Shown here: one piece after another, positions 44,645-54,151 of the stretch
How the letters are laid out: each line of letters starts with the position of its first letter
Numbering within the stretch: position 1 is the first letter of the stretch
Assembly: GCA_964573295.1 (NCBI GenBank)
Contig: CAZNJE010000021.1
Span: forward strand, 3,570-67,569
Reading direction: 5' to 3'
DNA length: 64,000 bases
From: an uncultured bacterium
Lineage (GTDB): Bacteria > Eisenbacteria > RBG-16-71-46 > CAIMUX01 > WJJG01
Position numbers and translations under genes: made by a program
Notes under the pieces: model-generated
What the model was told of the DNA's origin: nothing
Databases searched by the model: none
Seen by the model: only the letters and a program-made list of their open reading frames with translations

Positions 44645-45399
44645 GCGAGCACGCTATAGCCCCCGTCGACGGTCACCGTCTGGCCGATCACCATCTTCGC
44701 CAGCGGACTGACCAGGAAGAGCACGACGTCGGCCACGTCGTTCGGCTCGGTGAGCCGCCCGGCGGGCGTCTTCAGCTGGGAATTGCCCATGATGTCATCC
44801 CGGTGCGGGAAGTGCGCGAGCGCATCGGTGTCGACGACGCCGGCGCTGACCGCGTTGACCCGGATCCCGTCACCCGCCAACTCCACCGCCAGGTGGCGCA
44901 CCAGGGATTCGAGCGCGGCCTTGCTCGCACCCACCGCCGCGTACATGGGAATCGCGCGCAGTGCGCCCAGGGAGCTGATCGCCACGATCGATCCGCCCTG
45001 CCGCATGAGCGGCTTCGCGCGCTGGGTCAGGGGCAGCAACGTGGCGGCATTGATGCCCATCGTCCAGTCCCAGTGACGCCAGGTCAGCTCCATCGCGGGC
45101 TTGATCACGCCCGAGGCCGCATTGCTGACCAGGATGTCCATGCGGCCTCCCCACTCTTCCGCGATCTGGGCGAACATGCGCTCGATGTGGTCGTCGCGGC
45201 CGACATTGGCCTTGATCGCCAACGCCTCACCCCCGACGGCGCGGATACGTTTGACCGTCTCCTCGGCCGCCGCGGTATTGCGAACGTAGTTGATGGCCAC
45301 GCGAGCGCCGCACTCCCCCAAGCGGATCGCCACCGCCCGCCCAATACCACGCGACCCTCCGGTAACCAGGGCCGTCTTTCCTTTGAGATCGATATTCAT
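44641..45399 (-). CDS. Short-chain dehydrogenase/reductase (FabG/FabL-like 3-oxoacyl- or enoyl-ACP reductase type)
   Basis: TGGSRGIGRAVA Rossmann motif. Catalytic S...YAAVGASKAA (YxxxK). Start at internal ATG 45399 with RBS AGGAGGG. The upstream 600 nt of the ORF-track entry is a repeat-rich non-coding region. Confidence 0.8.
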   Translation of the reverse strand: MNIDLKGKTALVTGGSRGIGRAVAIRLGECGARVAINYVRNTAAAEETVKRIRAVGGEALAIKANVGRDDHIERMFAQIAEEWGGRMDILVSNAASGVIKPAMELTWRHWDWTMGINAATLLPLTQRAKPLMRQGGSIVAISSLGALRAIPMYAAVGASKAALESLVRHLAVELAGDGIRVNAVSAGVVDTDALAHFPHRDDIMGNSQLKTPAGRLTEPNDVADVVLFLVSPLAKMVIGQTVTVDGGYSVLA

Positions 45400-45640
45400 C
45401 ACGCTCCCTCCTGGAGACATTGTTAGACGCATGACACTGGACGCACAATGCTGGACGCACAATGCTGGACGCACAATCCCGGCCGAATGCCGCACCGGCC
45501 AGAGAGCACCGGCCGAATGCCCCGCCAGCCAGAGGACACCGGGCGATTGCCCCGCCAGCCAGAGGACACCGGGCGATTGCCGCCGGCCGCGTGCCACGCG
45601 GGAACTCCCCGGGCTCACCCGACAACCTCTGGGGGGTTCC
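45400..45640. repeat. Tandem repeat region upstream of the SDR gene (caatgctggacgcacaatg units; 30-nt units ccggccgaatgccccgccagccagaggacac)
   Basis: atgacactggacgcacaatgctggacgcacaatgctggacgcacaatcc...caccggccgaatgccccgccagccagaggacaccgggcgattgccccgccagccagaggacaccgggcgattgcc. Confidence 0.75.
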
Positions 45641-45940
45641 CGGGGTACCAAGCGGGGAACATACCGTCTATGATCGTTGGCGGCCGTGGGATGACCGTCG
45701 GCTGTGAGATCACCGCCGGCCGTGGAGTCTCTGCCGGCCGTGCCCGGGGCGTGCCGGGAGAGCGACCGGCCCAGATCGGAGGCCCTGATCGGAGGCCCTG
45801 ATCGGAGGCGCAGGGTGAAGGCATCGGGCACGCTCCGCAAACAGGACCGCCTGCAAGCCGTCGACGCGACGGTGCGAAGGAACTGCGCAGGTGCGGAGGA
45901 ATCAGGTGCGGAGAACTGCGCAGGTGCGGAGGAATAGGGA

Positions 45941-46942
45941 ATGAGTGAACGCAAATCTTTGGCGAAACCGGCAGCTACGGGCGCATGCTCTTTCAGGCCC
46001 ATGCGCCCTGAAGATCGCCAGACCCTTCTGGGCTTCTCGGAAAGGATCTGGGAGGGGCATGATTATCTTCGCCACGTCTTCGACAAGTGGGTGGCCGACC
46101 CGGACGGCTACTTCGCGGCCATGGAGCTCGACGGCGAGGTCGTCGGTTGCGGACGGCTCATGCACATGGACGAACGCCGGGGATGGCTCGAGGGGCTGCG
46201 GCTCAACCCCGATCTCCACGGACGCGGGTACGGCAAGCGAATGGCGCTGCACGTCATGCAGACCGGCCGGGAGCGCGGCTACGAAGAACTGCTCTTCTCG
46301 ACCTACTTCGGCAACGCCGGCTCGATCCGGATCAACGAGATCGCGGGTTTCGAGCTGCTCGGCACCTGCACGAATCTCGAGTTCGACCTCGAGAAGGCGG
46401 CCGGTATCGCTGCCGCGGCCGGGCTCGACGGCGCGGCTCGCACCGCCGACAACGACACCACCTCAGCGGCTTCCAGTGAGGCCACCTCAGCGGAAGCTAG
46501 TGAGACCACCTCAGCGGCAGCCAGTGAGACCACCTCAGCGGCAGCCGGCGTATCCGTCACTGCCGGTCTTCCGGAAACCGGCGACATGATCTGGAACGAC
46601 TGGCTCTTCCTGCCGGCCGACGTACCCAGCCGCGAGAAGCATGTGCCCGAGCCGATCACGATCGGCCGGGGCGCCTGCCGGATGCTCTTGGCCGACAACG
46701 CCAAGTATCCGCATGTGCTCGACATGGGTTGGATGGAGCAGGTGGGGGGCGAGAACGGCCGGGCCTGCTTGGCCTTCGCCGTGGACGAAGCACGGCGGCG
46801 TGGCCGGACGCTCATCCACGCCATGGTGCCAAAACACGTGGGTCTCGAACCGTTCCTACAGATGGGCTTCATCTACTTCGAGCAACCGCAGGACGTCTAT
46901 CTCTTCCGGGGCAATGCGGCCAGCCTGAAGCTTGATTTCTAG
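45941..46942 (+). CDS. GNAT-family acetyltransferase with an in-frame Thr/Ser/Ala/Glu repeat insertion
   Basis: GNAT motif A (GRGYGKRMALHVMQTGRERG). 24-nt x4 repeat encoding TSAASSEATSAEASETTSAAASETTSAAAG at 46455-46550. Confidence 0.6.
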   Translation: MSERKSLAKPAATGACSFRPMRPEDRQTLLGFSERIWEGHDYLRHVFDKWVADPDGYFAAMELDGEVVGCGRLMHMDERRGWLEGLRLNPDLHGRGYGKRMALHVMQTGRERGYEELLFSTYFGNAGSIRINEIAGFELLGTCTNLEFDLEKAAGIAAAAGLDGAARTADNDTTSAASSEATSAEASETTSAAASETTSAAAGVSVTAGLPETGDMIWNDWLFLPADVPSREKHVPEPITIGRGACRMLLADNAKYPHVLDMGWMEQVGGENGRACLAFAVDEARRRGRTLIHAMVPKHVGLEPFLQMGFIYFEQPQDVYLFRGNAASLKLDF

Positions 46943-47025
46943 ACAGAAACTCACGCCACATGCAGGCACTGTGACCCGACCCTAGTCGCCTGTGTTGCAG
47001 CCCGCGTTGCAATATTGTCTCGCCA

Positions 47026-47047
47026 GTTTTGCCCCGGGGCAAAAAAC
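47026..47047. terminator. Bidirectional rho-independent terminator between convergent GNAT and pirin genes
   Basis: Perfect palindrome TTTTGCCCCGGGGCAAAAAA (GC hairpin flanked by a T-run on one strand and an A-run on the other), serving both convergent transcripts. Confidence 0.65.
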
Positions 47048-47225
47048 TTAACTTACTGATATCGAATGGGTTATAGGACCCGACCGTGCCAAGACCTTGC
47101 CAAGATCGGCTTCTCCCACGAGTGCTGTCCACGGAAGGAGGAAAGCTGACGATCGGCCATGGACGACGGAGGCCGACAGTCACCCGGGGACATCTGGCAT
47201 TTCGGGCCGGCTTCCTGGGCCGGGT

Positions 47226-48281
47226 TCATTCGATTCCGGCCGGCTTCTCGCGGATGAAGTTGTCGTTGCGCAGATCATGGAGGGCTTCCTCGATCTCCGC
47301 GCGCGTGTTCATGACGAAGGGGCCGTAGCGCGCGATGGGCTCGTTCAGCGGCTTGCCGGCCATCAGCAGCAGGCGCGCCCCTTCGCCGCCGGCCCGAATC
47401 CACACCTGATCGCCTTCGCCAAAAACCACGAGGTGGGGCGACCCAATCGGCGCGATGCTGTCACCTGGCAAACCACCACGTGTAGCCGGCACTGAACCTC
47501 CCCGGTCCGGTCCCGTCTCTTCGCCGCTGCCTTCTCCTCCGCCGTGTCCCGTCTCGCCTCCTCTCTGCCTCTCTCCACCGCTCCCCTTTGTCCCATCGCT
47601 CCCCTTTGTCCCATCGCTCGCCTTCGCCCCATCGCTCGCCTTCGCTCCCGGTCCGAACACGACGGTTCCGCGGAAGAGATAGGCGCAGGCGTTCTTCTCC
47701 GCCGACAACGGCAGGACCACCGAGGCCTCCGGCGCAAGCTCGAGGTCGAAGTAGGTGGGATCGGCCGCCATCTCGGTCACCGCGCCCGGGGTATCGCCGA
47801 AGGAACCTGCGATGATTCGCAAGGCAACGCCTTCTGCCGGCGAAAGCTGCGCCATCTCCTCGGCCCGGATGTCACGGTAACGGGGGGTGCTCATCTTCTC
47901 CTTGGCCGGGAGATTGACCCACAGCTGAAAGCCCACGAGCCCACCGGGGGTTTCCTGGGGCATCTCCTCGTGCATGATCCCGCTGCCGGCGGTCATCCAC
48001 TGCACCTGATCAGCGCCGATCGTGCCCTCGTTGCCGAGGCTGTCACGGTGGCGGACCTCGCCGCTCAAGACGTAGGTCACCGTCTCTATCCCGCGATGCG
48101 GGTGCCAGGGGAAACCGCGGATGTGATCGGCCGGATCCGTCGAGCTGAAGTCGTCAAACAGCAGGAAGGGATCCACCGCGTCCAACTCCCTCGTCGCGAT
48201 GCTGCGCTTCAGCTTGACGCCCGCTCCTTCGAGCACCGGCTGCGGCGTGACCAAACGGGTTACGGGTCTCGGCGTAGCCAT
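47226..48281 (-). CDS. Pirin-family (bicupin) protein with a Lys/Ser/Gly-rich internal insertion
   Basis: Start MATPRPV with RBS GGGAGG. Pirin N-domain motifs (HPHRGIETVTYVLSGEVRHRDSLGN...GADQVQWMTAGSGIMHEEMP). Insert KASDGAKASDGTKGSDGTKGSGGERQRGGETGHGGGEGSGEETG encoded by 15-nt repeats. Confidence 0.75.
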   Translation of the reverse strand: MATPRPVTRLVTPQPVLEGAGVKLKRSIATRELDAVDPFLLFDDFSSTDPADHIRGFPWHPHRGIETVTYVLSGEVRHRDSLGNEGTIGADQVQWMTAGSGIMHEEMPQETPGGLVGFQLWVNLPAKEKMSTPRYRDIRAEEMAQLSPAEGVALRIIAGSFGDTPGAVTEMAADPTYFDLELAPEASVVLPLSAEKNACAYLFRGTVVFGPGAKASDGAKASDGTKGSDGTKGSGGERQRGGETGHGGGEGSGEETGPDRGGSVPATRGGLPGDSIAPIGSPHLVVFGEGDQVWIRAGGEGARLLLMAGKPLNEPIARYGPFVMNTRAEIEEALHDLRNDNFIREKPAGIE

Positions 48282-48421
48282 GGCACCTCCCGGGCGACCT
48301 GGCATGTTTCGCGCCCGACCGCTTTCGCTGGTTTGTCGGCTCGCCGGCTTGTCGGGTCGCCGGTTTGCCGGCCCACCAGACGAAAGGGCGGGCCGGCCTA
48401 CCAAGCTCACCAGCTCGTCGC

Positions 48422-49363
48422 CTACCGGGCCTCCAGGGTCGGCCGCTTGAGCCAGCGGTAGAAGTCTCCATCGGTTGAGAGAATGAGCGTGCTCTTGTCG
48501 TCGATCGTGGTCTCATAGGCCTCCATGGTTCGCAGGAACTCGTAGAAGGCCCGCGACTCTGCGGACCGGTCGTAGGCATTCGCGTAGGTGCGCGTTGCCC
48601 GCCCATCGGCTCGCCCCTTGATTCCCTGGGCTTCCCGATAGGCCTCGGACTGAATGCGCTTGAGCTCGCGTTCCCTCTCACCGCGAATGCGAGAAGCCTG
48701 GCCCTGACCTTCCGAACGGAACCGGTCGGCAATCCGCTTCCGTTCGGCGACCATGCGTTCGTAGACTTTGCGACGCACTTCCTCGACGTAATTGATGCGC
48801 TTGAACTGAACGTCCAGGATCTCGATGCCCAGGTCCGACGTACGTTCCTGGGCCCTTTCGAGAACGATCCGGCGAATATCCTCGCGACCCATGCCGATCT
48901 CATCCAGAAGGGTCTCGTCCTCGGGCAACAGCTCGCCGAACTCGGGCGTGCGATTCGTGCTGCGAATCACCTCCACGAGCGGGTGATTCGCGATCGCGTT
49001 GCGCGTCTCGCCGTCCAGAATGTCATCGAGCCGGGTCTGTGCACCTAGCTCATTATTCAAACGCTGGAAGAACAGCAGCGGATCGGTAATCCGCCAACGG
49101 GCGTAGGTGTCCACCCAGATGAAGCGCTTGTCCTTCGTCGGCAGCTCGTTGGCATCGCCATCCCATTCCAGGAAGCGCTTGTCGAATCGGTGCACCTTCT
49201 GGACGAACGGTGTTTTGATCTTGAGCCCCGGGCTGAAGACCGGATCGCCCACCGGCTTGCCGAACTGGGTAATGATGCACTGCTCGGGCTCCTTCACGAT
49301 GTAGAAGGTGCTGTTGAGCACGATCAGTGCGATGATTGCTACGATGATCCAACCCCATTTCAT
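48422..49363 (-). CDS. hflC: HflC (SPFH/band-7 membrane protease modulator)
   Basis: N-terminal TM (MKWGWIIVAIIALIVLNSTFYIV). SPFH domain. Gene lies adjacent and downstream of the hflK-like gene. Confidence 0.8.
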   Translation of the reverse strand: MKWGWIIVAIIALIVLNSTFYIVKEPEQCIITQFGKPVGDPVFSPGLKIKTPFVQKVHRFDKRFLEWDGDANELPTKDKRFIWVDTYARWRITDPLLFFQRLNNELGAQTRLDDILDGETRNAIANHPLVEVIRSTNRTPEFGELLPEDETLLDEIGMGREDIRRIVLERAQERTSDLGIEILDVQFKRINYVEEVRRKVYERMVAERKRIADRFRSEGQGQASRIRGERERELKRIQSEAYREAQGIKGRADGRATRTYANAYDRSAESRAFYEFLRTMEAYETTIDDKSTLILSTDGDFYRWLKRPTLEAR

Positions 49364-49434
49364 ATCTCTATCTCCTCACGTGGTTCGTGGGCGTTCTCCC
49401 GTAGGTGTCTTCCGTACCGCAACGTCAACCGCGA

Positions 49435-50430
49435 TTACTTCCCGCTCGCCGCGTTGTTGAGATTGAGCAAGGGCAAGATGCCGCTCAGCTCATCATCGAC
49501 GATGTACTTGGTCTGCACCTTGGGCAGGATCTGGGTCATCGTTTCCAGATAAAGCCGCCGCCGGGTCACCTCCGGTGCCCGCCGGTAGTCATCGAAGAGG
49601 GCCACGAACCGCGCCGAATCGCCTTCGGCGCGATTGACGCGGTTGAGCGCATAGCCTTCAGCCTGCTCGATCGTCTGCAGGGCCTCGCCCTTCGCGCGCG
49701 GGATCACCTGGTTGTACTCGGCTTGAGCCTGATTGATCAGCTTCTCGCGTTCCTGTTGTGCCTCGTTGACCTCATTGAAAGAGGCTTTCACCTCGTCGGG
49801 AGGATTGACGTCCTGGAGCACCACCTGGTCCACCTGGATGCCCGTCTCATACTGGTCGCACAGCTCCTGCAAACGGCGCTCGACCTCCGCGGCCACCTCC
49901 TGGCGTCCGACTGTGAGGACCTCGTTGACCGTACGGTCACCGACGACCTTGCGCATCGTCGCCTCACTCATGGCACGGAAGGTTTCGAGGACATTGCGCA
50001 CCCGGAAGAGAAACTTGTAGGGATCGACAATCCGGAACTGCACGACCCATTCGACCACGGCGGCGTTGAGGTCACCGGTCAACATATGGGCCTCATCTTC
50101 CAACCCACGAGTGGCGTACTGCGAGCGTACCGCGGATGAAACGGTGCGAAACCCGAACTCGGCCTTTAGCTGGCGTTGCACCGGTACCTTGGTCACCGAT
50201 TCGATGCCGAAGGGCATCTTGACGTTCAGTCCCGGCTGGGCGGTTCGAACGAACTCGCCGAAGCGCAGGACGATCCCCACCTCCTCCGGATCCACGGTGT
50301 AGAAGCTCGTGAAGGCGATGATGAGCAGGAGAATGATCCCAATGATGATCCTGGGCAGCCGGCCGCCGAGATTGGGCATCTTCACCTGTGGGATGTTGAT
50401 GTCCTGACCGTCGAATTCGATTCGCGTCAT
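49435..50430 (-). CDS. hflK: HflK (SPFH/band-7 membrane protease modulator)
   Basis: TM segment (IIIGIILLLIIAFTSFYTV), SPFH domain and a C-terminal coiled coil. Upstream partner of hflC. Confidence 0.8.
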   Translation of the reverse strand: MTRIEFDGQDINIPQVKMPNLGGRLPRIIIGIILLLIIAFTSFYTVDPEEVGIVLRFGEFVRTAQPGLNVKMPFGIESVTKVPVQRQLKAEFGFRTVSSAVRSQYATRGLEDEAHMLTGDLNAAVVEWVVQFRIVDPYKFLFRVRNVLETFRAMSEATMRKVVGDRTVNEVLTVGRQEVAAEVERRLQELCDQYETGIQVDQVVLQDVNPPDEVKASFNEVNEAQQEREKLINQAQAEYNQVIPRAKGEALQTIEQAEGYALNRVNRAEGDSARFVALFDDYRRAPEVTRRRLYLETMTQILPKVQTKYIVDDELSGILPLLNLNNAASGK

Positions 50431-50770
50431 GCGCGACTCCTTTCACCGTGACCACAACCTGGCAGCCTGACTCCGCTGACGCTGCAACTGGGTTTCCTAC
50501 CAGCCGAGGAGGTCATTCGCTGGATGTGTGTCGGTGTGAGGTGGGCAAGCGAATGCGCGTCGCCGGATACACTCCTGTACCGCGACGCGCGAGCAACCTG
50601 CACTCCTCCCTGGCAGGTCGTACGCCGAGCATCATAGCCGGAAAGCAGGCAGCCGAAAAGGTCAATCCGGACCGTTCACCCGGCCTCCTGACCCGGCCCG
50701 CTCATTCGCGCTACTTGCTTACAAGTAAAAGTGTTGCAGCCAAGGGCCGTACAAAGAGCTTCACGCCAAG

Positions 50771-50905
50771 GAGTTCGATCCCAGAGTCCGATCCCACAGT
50801 TCGATCCCAGAGTCCGATCCCAGAGTCCGATTCCAGAGTCCGACCCCAGAGTCCGACCCCAGAGTCCGACCCCAGAGTCCGACCCCAGAGTCCGATTCCA
50901 AGAAG
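50771..50905. repeat. 12-nt tandem repeat array (agagtccgaccc / agagtccgatcc), about 11 copies, intergenic
   Basis: gatcccagagtccgatcccacagttcgatcccagagtccgatcccagagtccgattccagagtccgaccccagagtccgaccccagagtccgaccccagagtccgaccccagagtccgattcc. Confidence 0.9.
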
Positions 50906-50999
50906 CTTGACCGCCGCGGACCGGCCCCTCACCCTGAGGCCCTGTTATCCTCACACCCTGCCAGGGTTCAGTCGATTCACGGGCAAGGAGGGAACGGCC

Positions 51000-51521
51000 A
51001 TGAGGCTGACAATAGCGAGCACGTTGGCAAGGACAAAGGCGACTTCGCACCGAGATGGATCGAACGGCACGCTGGGCGGGCTGGCCGCAGCGTTGATGCT
51101 CGGACTGGTGCTACTCCTCACGGCCGGCTGCGGGGGGGGCGACGGTGATGGCGGGAGCGCGAACGGCGACAGGGGCGCGGCGGCCGGTGCCGGCGGGGTC
51201 GAGACCGAGGCGGCGGCGGGCGGTGCCGGCGGGGCCGAGACCGAGGCGGCGGCGGGCGGTGCCGGCGGGGCCGAGACTGAGGCGGCGGCGGGCGGCGCCG
51301 GCGGGGTCGAGACCGTCCAGCTCGCCATCGGGGGCATGTACTGCCAGGGATGCGCCGACGGTATCCAGGCGGCCCTCGCCAAGGCTCCTGGCGTCCGGAG
51401 TTGTTCGCTGAGCTTCGCCGACAGCGTCGCCGTGGTCTCGCTCGAACCGGGCAGCTTGACGGCCGAGGAGCTGATCGGAATCGTCGAAGACGTGGGCTAC
51501 AAGGCGCAGGTGAAGCCGTAG
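51000..51521 (+). CDS. Heavy-metal-associated (HMA, CopZ-like) domain lipoprotein with 3x 13-aa Gly/Ala/Glu repeat linker
   Basis: RBS GGAGGGA. Lipobox LLLTAGC. Repeats AAGGAGG(V/A)ETE x3 (39-nt DNA repeats). C-terminal HMA fold with metal-binding MxCxxC (GGMYCQGCADGIQAAL). Confidence 0.65.
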   Translation: MRLTIASTLARTKATSHRDGSNGTLGGLAAALMLGLVLLLTAGCGGGDGDGGSANGDRGAAAGAGGVETEAAAGGAGGAETEAAAGGAGGAETEAAAGGAGGVETVQLAIGGMYCQGCADGIQAALAKAPGVRSCSLSFADSVAVVSLEPGSLTAEELIGIVEDVGYKAQVKP

Positions 51522-51546
51522 CCGGTAGGTTCCCCGCCACTCGGGT

Positions 51547-52743
51547 CTATCCGAAGAACTCCTCGTGCAGGGCGTGGACGGCGTCCTCTTCCCGGGCGCC
51601 GTCGATCAGCACGCTGATGATCGTATTCGAGTCCACGCTCTGCAGAATCGCGATCCCCTTGCAGGCCAGGGTCGCGACCACCCGGTGCATGATGCCGGGG
51701 ATCCCGTGAATGCCGCCGCCGACTAGCGTGATCTTCGCGCAGTTGCGGCGCAGTTGCAGATCCAGCTCGAGCGGCGCCAGCGCCACCTCGGCATCCGCCA
51801 GCCGTTCCCCATCCAGTGTGAACGCGATGCGGTCCGGTGCGATCGAGAACATGTCGAGGCTGATTCCCGCCTCCGCGATCGAACCTAGGATGCGCTCGAG
51901 CACCGAAGGACTTAGACCCGCTTCGCGGCCGTGCACCAGAATCTGTGCGATTCCACTCATCGAGGTCACCGATGTGGTACGCGAAGCGGCCATCGGCGCC
52001 GGCTGCCAGCGTCCCTCCTCGGCCACCAGCCAGGTACCTACCGTGCTCTCGTCCAACCCTCGGATCTGCACCGGCGTATGGGCGATCCGCGCGAGGTCGG
52101 CTGCGCGCGGGTGAAGCACCTTCGCCCCGCGGCAGGCCAGCTCGGCGGCTTCGCGGTGGGTCATCGCTTCGACGGCGCGCGCGCCGGAGACCCGCCGCGG
52201 ATCAGCCGTCATGACGCCGTCGACATCGGTGATGATCTCAGCACGCTCGGCGTCCAGGGCCGCCGCCAGTGCAATGGCGGTCGTATCGCTCCCCCCACGT
52301 CCCAGCGTCGTCACCTCTCCCGTGAGCGAGACGCCCTGGAAGCCCGCCACCACGACCACCCGGCCCTCATCCAGATGCTCGCGAATGCGCACGGGCCGGA
52401 TCTCGCGAATCGCCGCCTCACCGTGACGGTCGTCGGTGATGATGCCCGCCTGGTATCCTCGTAGTGAGACGGCCGGCATCCCGCAAGCCTCGAGCTGGGC
52501 GGCAAAGACCGCCGCGCTCAGGTCCTCACCGCAGGAGAGCAGGGCATCCTGCTCCCGAGGCGTCGTCTGCGTGTACTTCCCGATGAGATCCTTGAGCGTG
52601 TCGGTGGCGTACGCATCCCCTCGCCGTCCCATCGCCGAGACGACCACCACGATCCGCTTCCCATCCAGAAACCGGCAACGGACACACTCGGCCGCACGAT
52701 CGCGCGCCTCCTCGCTGCCCAGACAGGTGCCGCCGAACTTCAT
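51547..52743 (-). CDS. lysC: Aspartate kinase
   Basis: MKFGGTCLGSEEARDRAAECV...VVVVSAMGRRGDAYATDTL...RGGSDTTAIALAAALDAERAEIITDVDGVMTADP, plus tandem C-terminal ACT domains. The proline-rich N-terminal extension in the ORF-track entry is encoded by a 2x 45-nt repeat and is probably non-coding leader. Confidence 0.85.
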   Translation of the reverse strand: MKFGGTCLGSEEARDRAAECVRCRFLDGKRIVVVVSAMGRRGDAYATDTLKDLIGKYTQTTPREQDALLSCGEDLSAAVFAAQLEACGMPAVSLRGYQAGIITDDRHGEAAIREIRPVRIREHLDEGRVVVVAGFQGVSLTGEVTTLGRGGSDTTAIALAAALDAERAEIITDVDGVMTADPRRVSGARAVEAMTHREAAELACRGAKVLHPRAADLARIAHTPVQIRGLDESTVGTWLVAEEGRWQPAPMAASRTTSVTSMSGIAQILVHGREAGLSPSVLERILGSIAEAGISLDMFSIAPDRIAFTLDGERLADAEVALAPLELDLQLRRNCAKITLVGGGIHGIPGIMHRVVATLACKGIAILQSVDSNTIISVLIDGAREEDAVHALHEEFFG

Positions 52744-52809
52744 GACGATCAGTCCCCGTGGCCCGGTCCCGGCGGGGGACGAACACAAGTCTCCGGGAGA
52801 CGGCGGCCC

Positions 52810-52900
52810 CGGCGGCGACGTGGGCGGCGGATCGGGCGGCGGTGCCCCCGGCGGTGGCGTGGGCGGCGGGTCGGGCGGCGGTGCCCCCGGCGGCGGAACG
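52810..52900. repeat. approximately 45-nt direct repeat (2 copies; gcgg-rich) in the asd-lysC intergenic leader
   Basis: gcggcgacgtgggcggcggatcgggcggcggtgcccccggcgg / tggcgtgggcggcgggtcgggcggcggtgcccccggcggcgg. Confidence 0.75.
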
Positions 52901-52916
52901 GACGGTGGCCGGTTCA

Positions 52917-53954
52917 TCACGCCCACCTCCCCTGTTCCAGTAGCACCTCACCGATCTGAATCGCGTTCAAGGCCGCGCCCTTCCAGAGCTGATCCGACAC
53001 CACCCAGAATCGCACCAGGCGGCGATCGGCGTCGTCCACGCGCACCCGTCCGACGAAGACCTCCTCGCGGCGCGCCAACGCGCGCGGGGTCGGCCGGTCG
53101 GCCAGCACGACACCGGGCGTGTCGGCCAGCAGCGCCCGCACCTCCTCGGCCGTCGTCTCGCGCCGCAGGCGGACAAAGACCGACTCGCTGTGACAGCGCT
53201 CGACCGGCACGCGCACGGTGGTCGCATAGATGCCGATCGAATCGTCCGCGAGAATCCGGCGTGTCTCGATACGCATCTTGCGCTCTTCGGTGCAATCGCC
53301 GTCCGCCGCCGGTTCCCCGATGAAGGGCAGGAGGTTCATGAAGATCGGCTCATCGTAGAAGCGGCACTCTTCGGGCTCGCCGCGGGCGAAGCTACGGGCC
53401 TGCCCCACGAGATCATCGAGCGCCGCGCGGCCCGCTCCGGAGACGGCCTGGTAGGTCGAGACAATGACCTCGCCGATTCCGAAGGTGCGATGCAGGGACG
53501 CCAGCGGAAGAAGCATGATAATGGTCGAGCAGTTGGGATTGGCGATGATGTTGCCCGCATCGCGCCCTGGACTCGCCAAAGCACCGGGGTTGATTTCCGG
53601 GACCACCAGGGGCACGTCCGGGTCTTCCCTGAAGGCGGACGAATTGTCCACCACCACGGCCCCGGCCGCGGCGAACCTCGGCGCGTGCTCACGCGCGGTG
53701 GCGCCCCCCGCCGAGAAGAAGATGAGATCGAGCCCGCCGGGATCGGCCTTCGCGAGGTTCTCGACCACCACGGGCGTCGCGGGCCCATCCGGACGAAGCC
53801 TCACGGGGATCTCCCGTCCTGCCGATCGCTCACTCGCGAACAGGCGCAGCGAGGCCATCGGAAAAGCGCGCTTCGCGAGCAGTTCGAGAAACTCCCCTCC
53901 CACCATTCCGGTGGCGCCGGCGACGCCGACATGTAAGGCCCTTCGTCCACACAT
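52917..53954 (-). CDS. asd: Aspartate-semialdehyde dehydrogenase
   Basis: NAD(P) fold (LHVGVAGATGMVGGEFLELLAKR). Catalytic Cys region (IIANPNCSTIIMLLPLASLH). Upstream of lysC on the same strand. Confidence 0.85.
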   Translation of the reverse strand: MCGRRALHVGVAGATGMVGGEFLELLAKRAFPMASLRLFASERSAGREIPVRLRPDGPATPVVVENLAKADPGGLDLIFFSAGGATAREHAPRFAAAGAVVVDNSSAFREDPDVPLVVPEINPGALASPGRDAGNIIANPNCSTIIMLLPLASLHRTFGIGEVIVSTYQAVSGAGRAALDDLVGQARSFARGEPEECRFYDEPIFMNLLPFIGEPAADGDCTEERKMRIETRRILADDSIGIYATTVRVPVERCHSESVFVRLRRETTAEEVRALLADTPGVVLADRPTPRALARREEVFVGRVRVDDADRRLVRFWVVSDQLWKGAALNAIQIGEVLLEQGRWA

Positions 53955-54007
53955 GGTAGTACCATTATATAGTCGCCTCCCAATCGCAAGAGGCCAAGTT
54001 GATGACG

Positions 54008-54075
54008 GAGAAGTCCGGGCGGAGAAGTCCGGGAGGCGAAGTCCGGGAGGCGAAGTCTAGGCGGCGAAGTCCTGG
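54008..54075. repeat. 15-nt tandem repeat (gaagtccgggaggc[g]), about 5 copies, in the asd/fetA divergent promoter region
   Basis: gagaagtccgggcggagaagtccgggaggcgaagtccgggaggcgaagtctaggcggcgaagtcctgg. Confidence 0.85.
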
Positions 54076-54151
54076 TTGCCTCTTCCGGCGCCCCGCGAGA
54101 TACTCCCCGCCGGGCTTCCGCAGGAACCTGTAACCAGAGACGGGCGATGGC

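Noticed and set aside
52436-53323. 295-aa Pro/Gly/Arg-rich ORF on + strand across asd/lysC junction
   Set aside because: Antisense to two strongly supported genes (asd, lysC). Low-complexity translation typical of GC-rich antisense frames.
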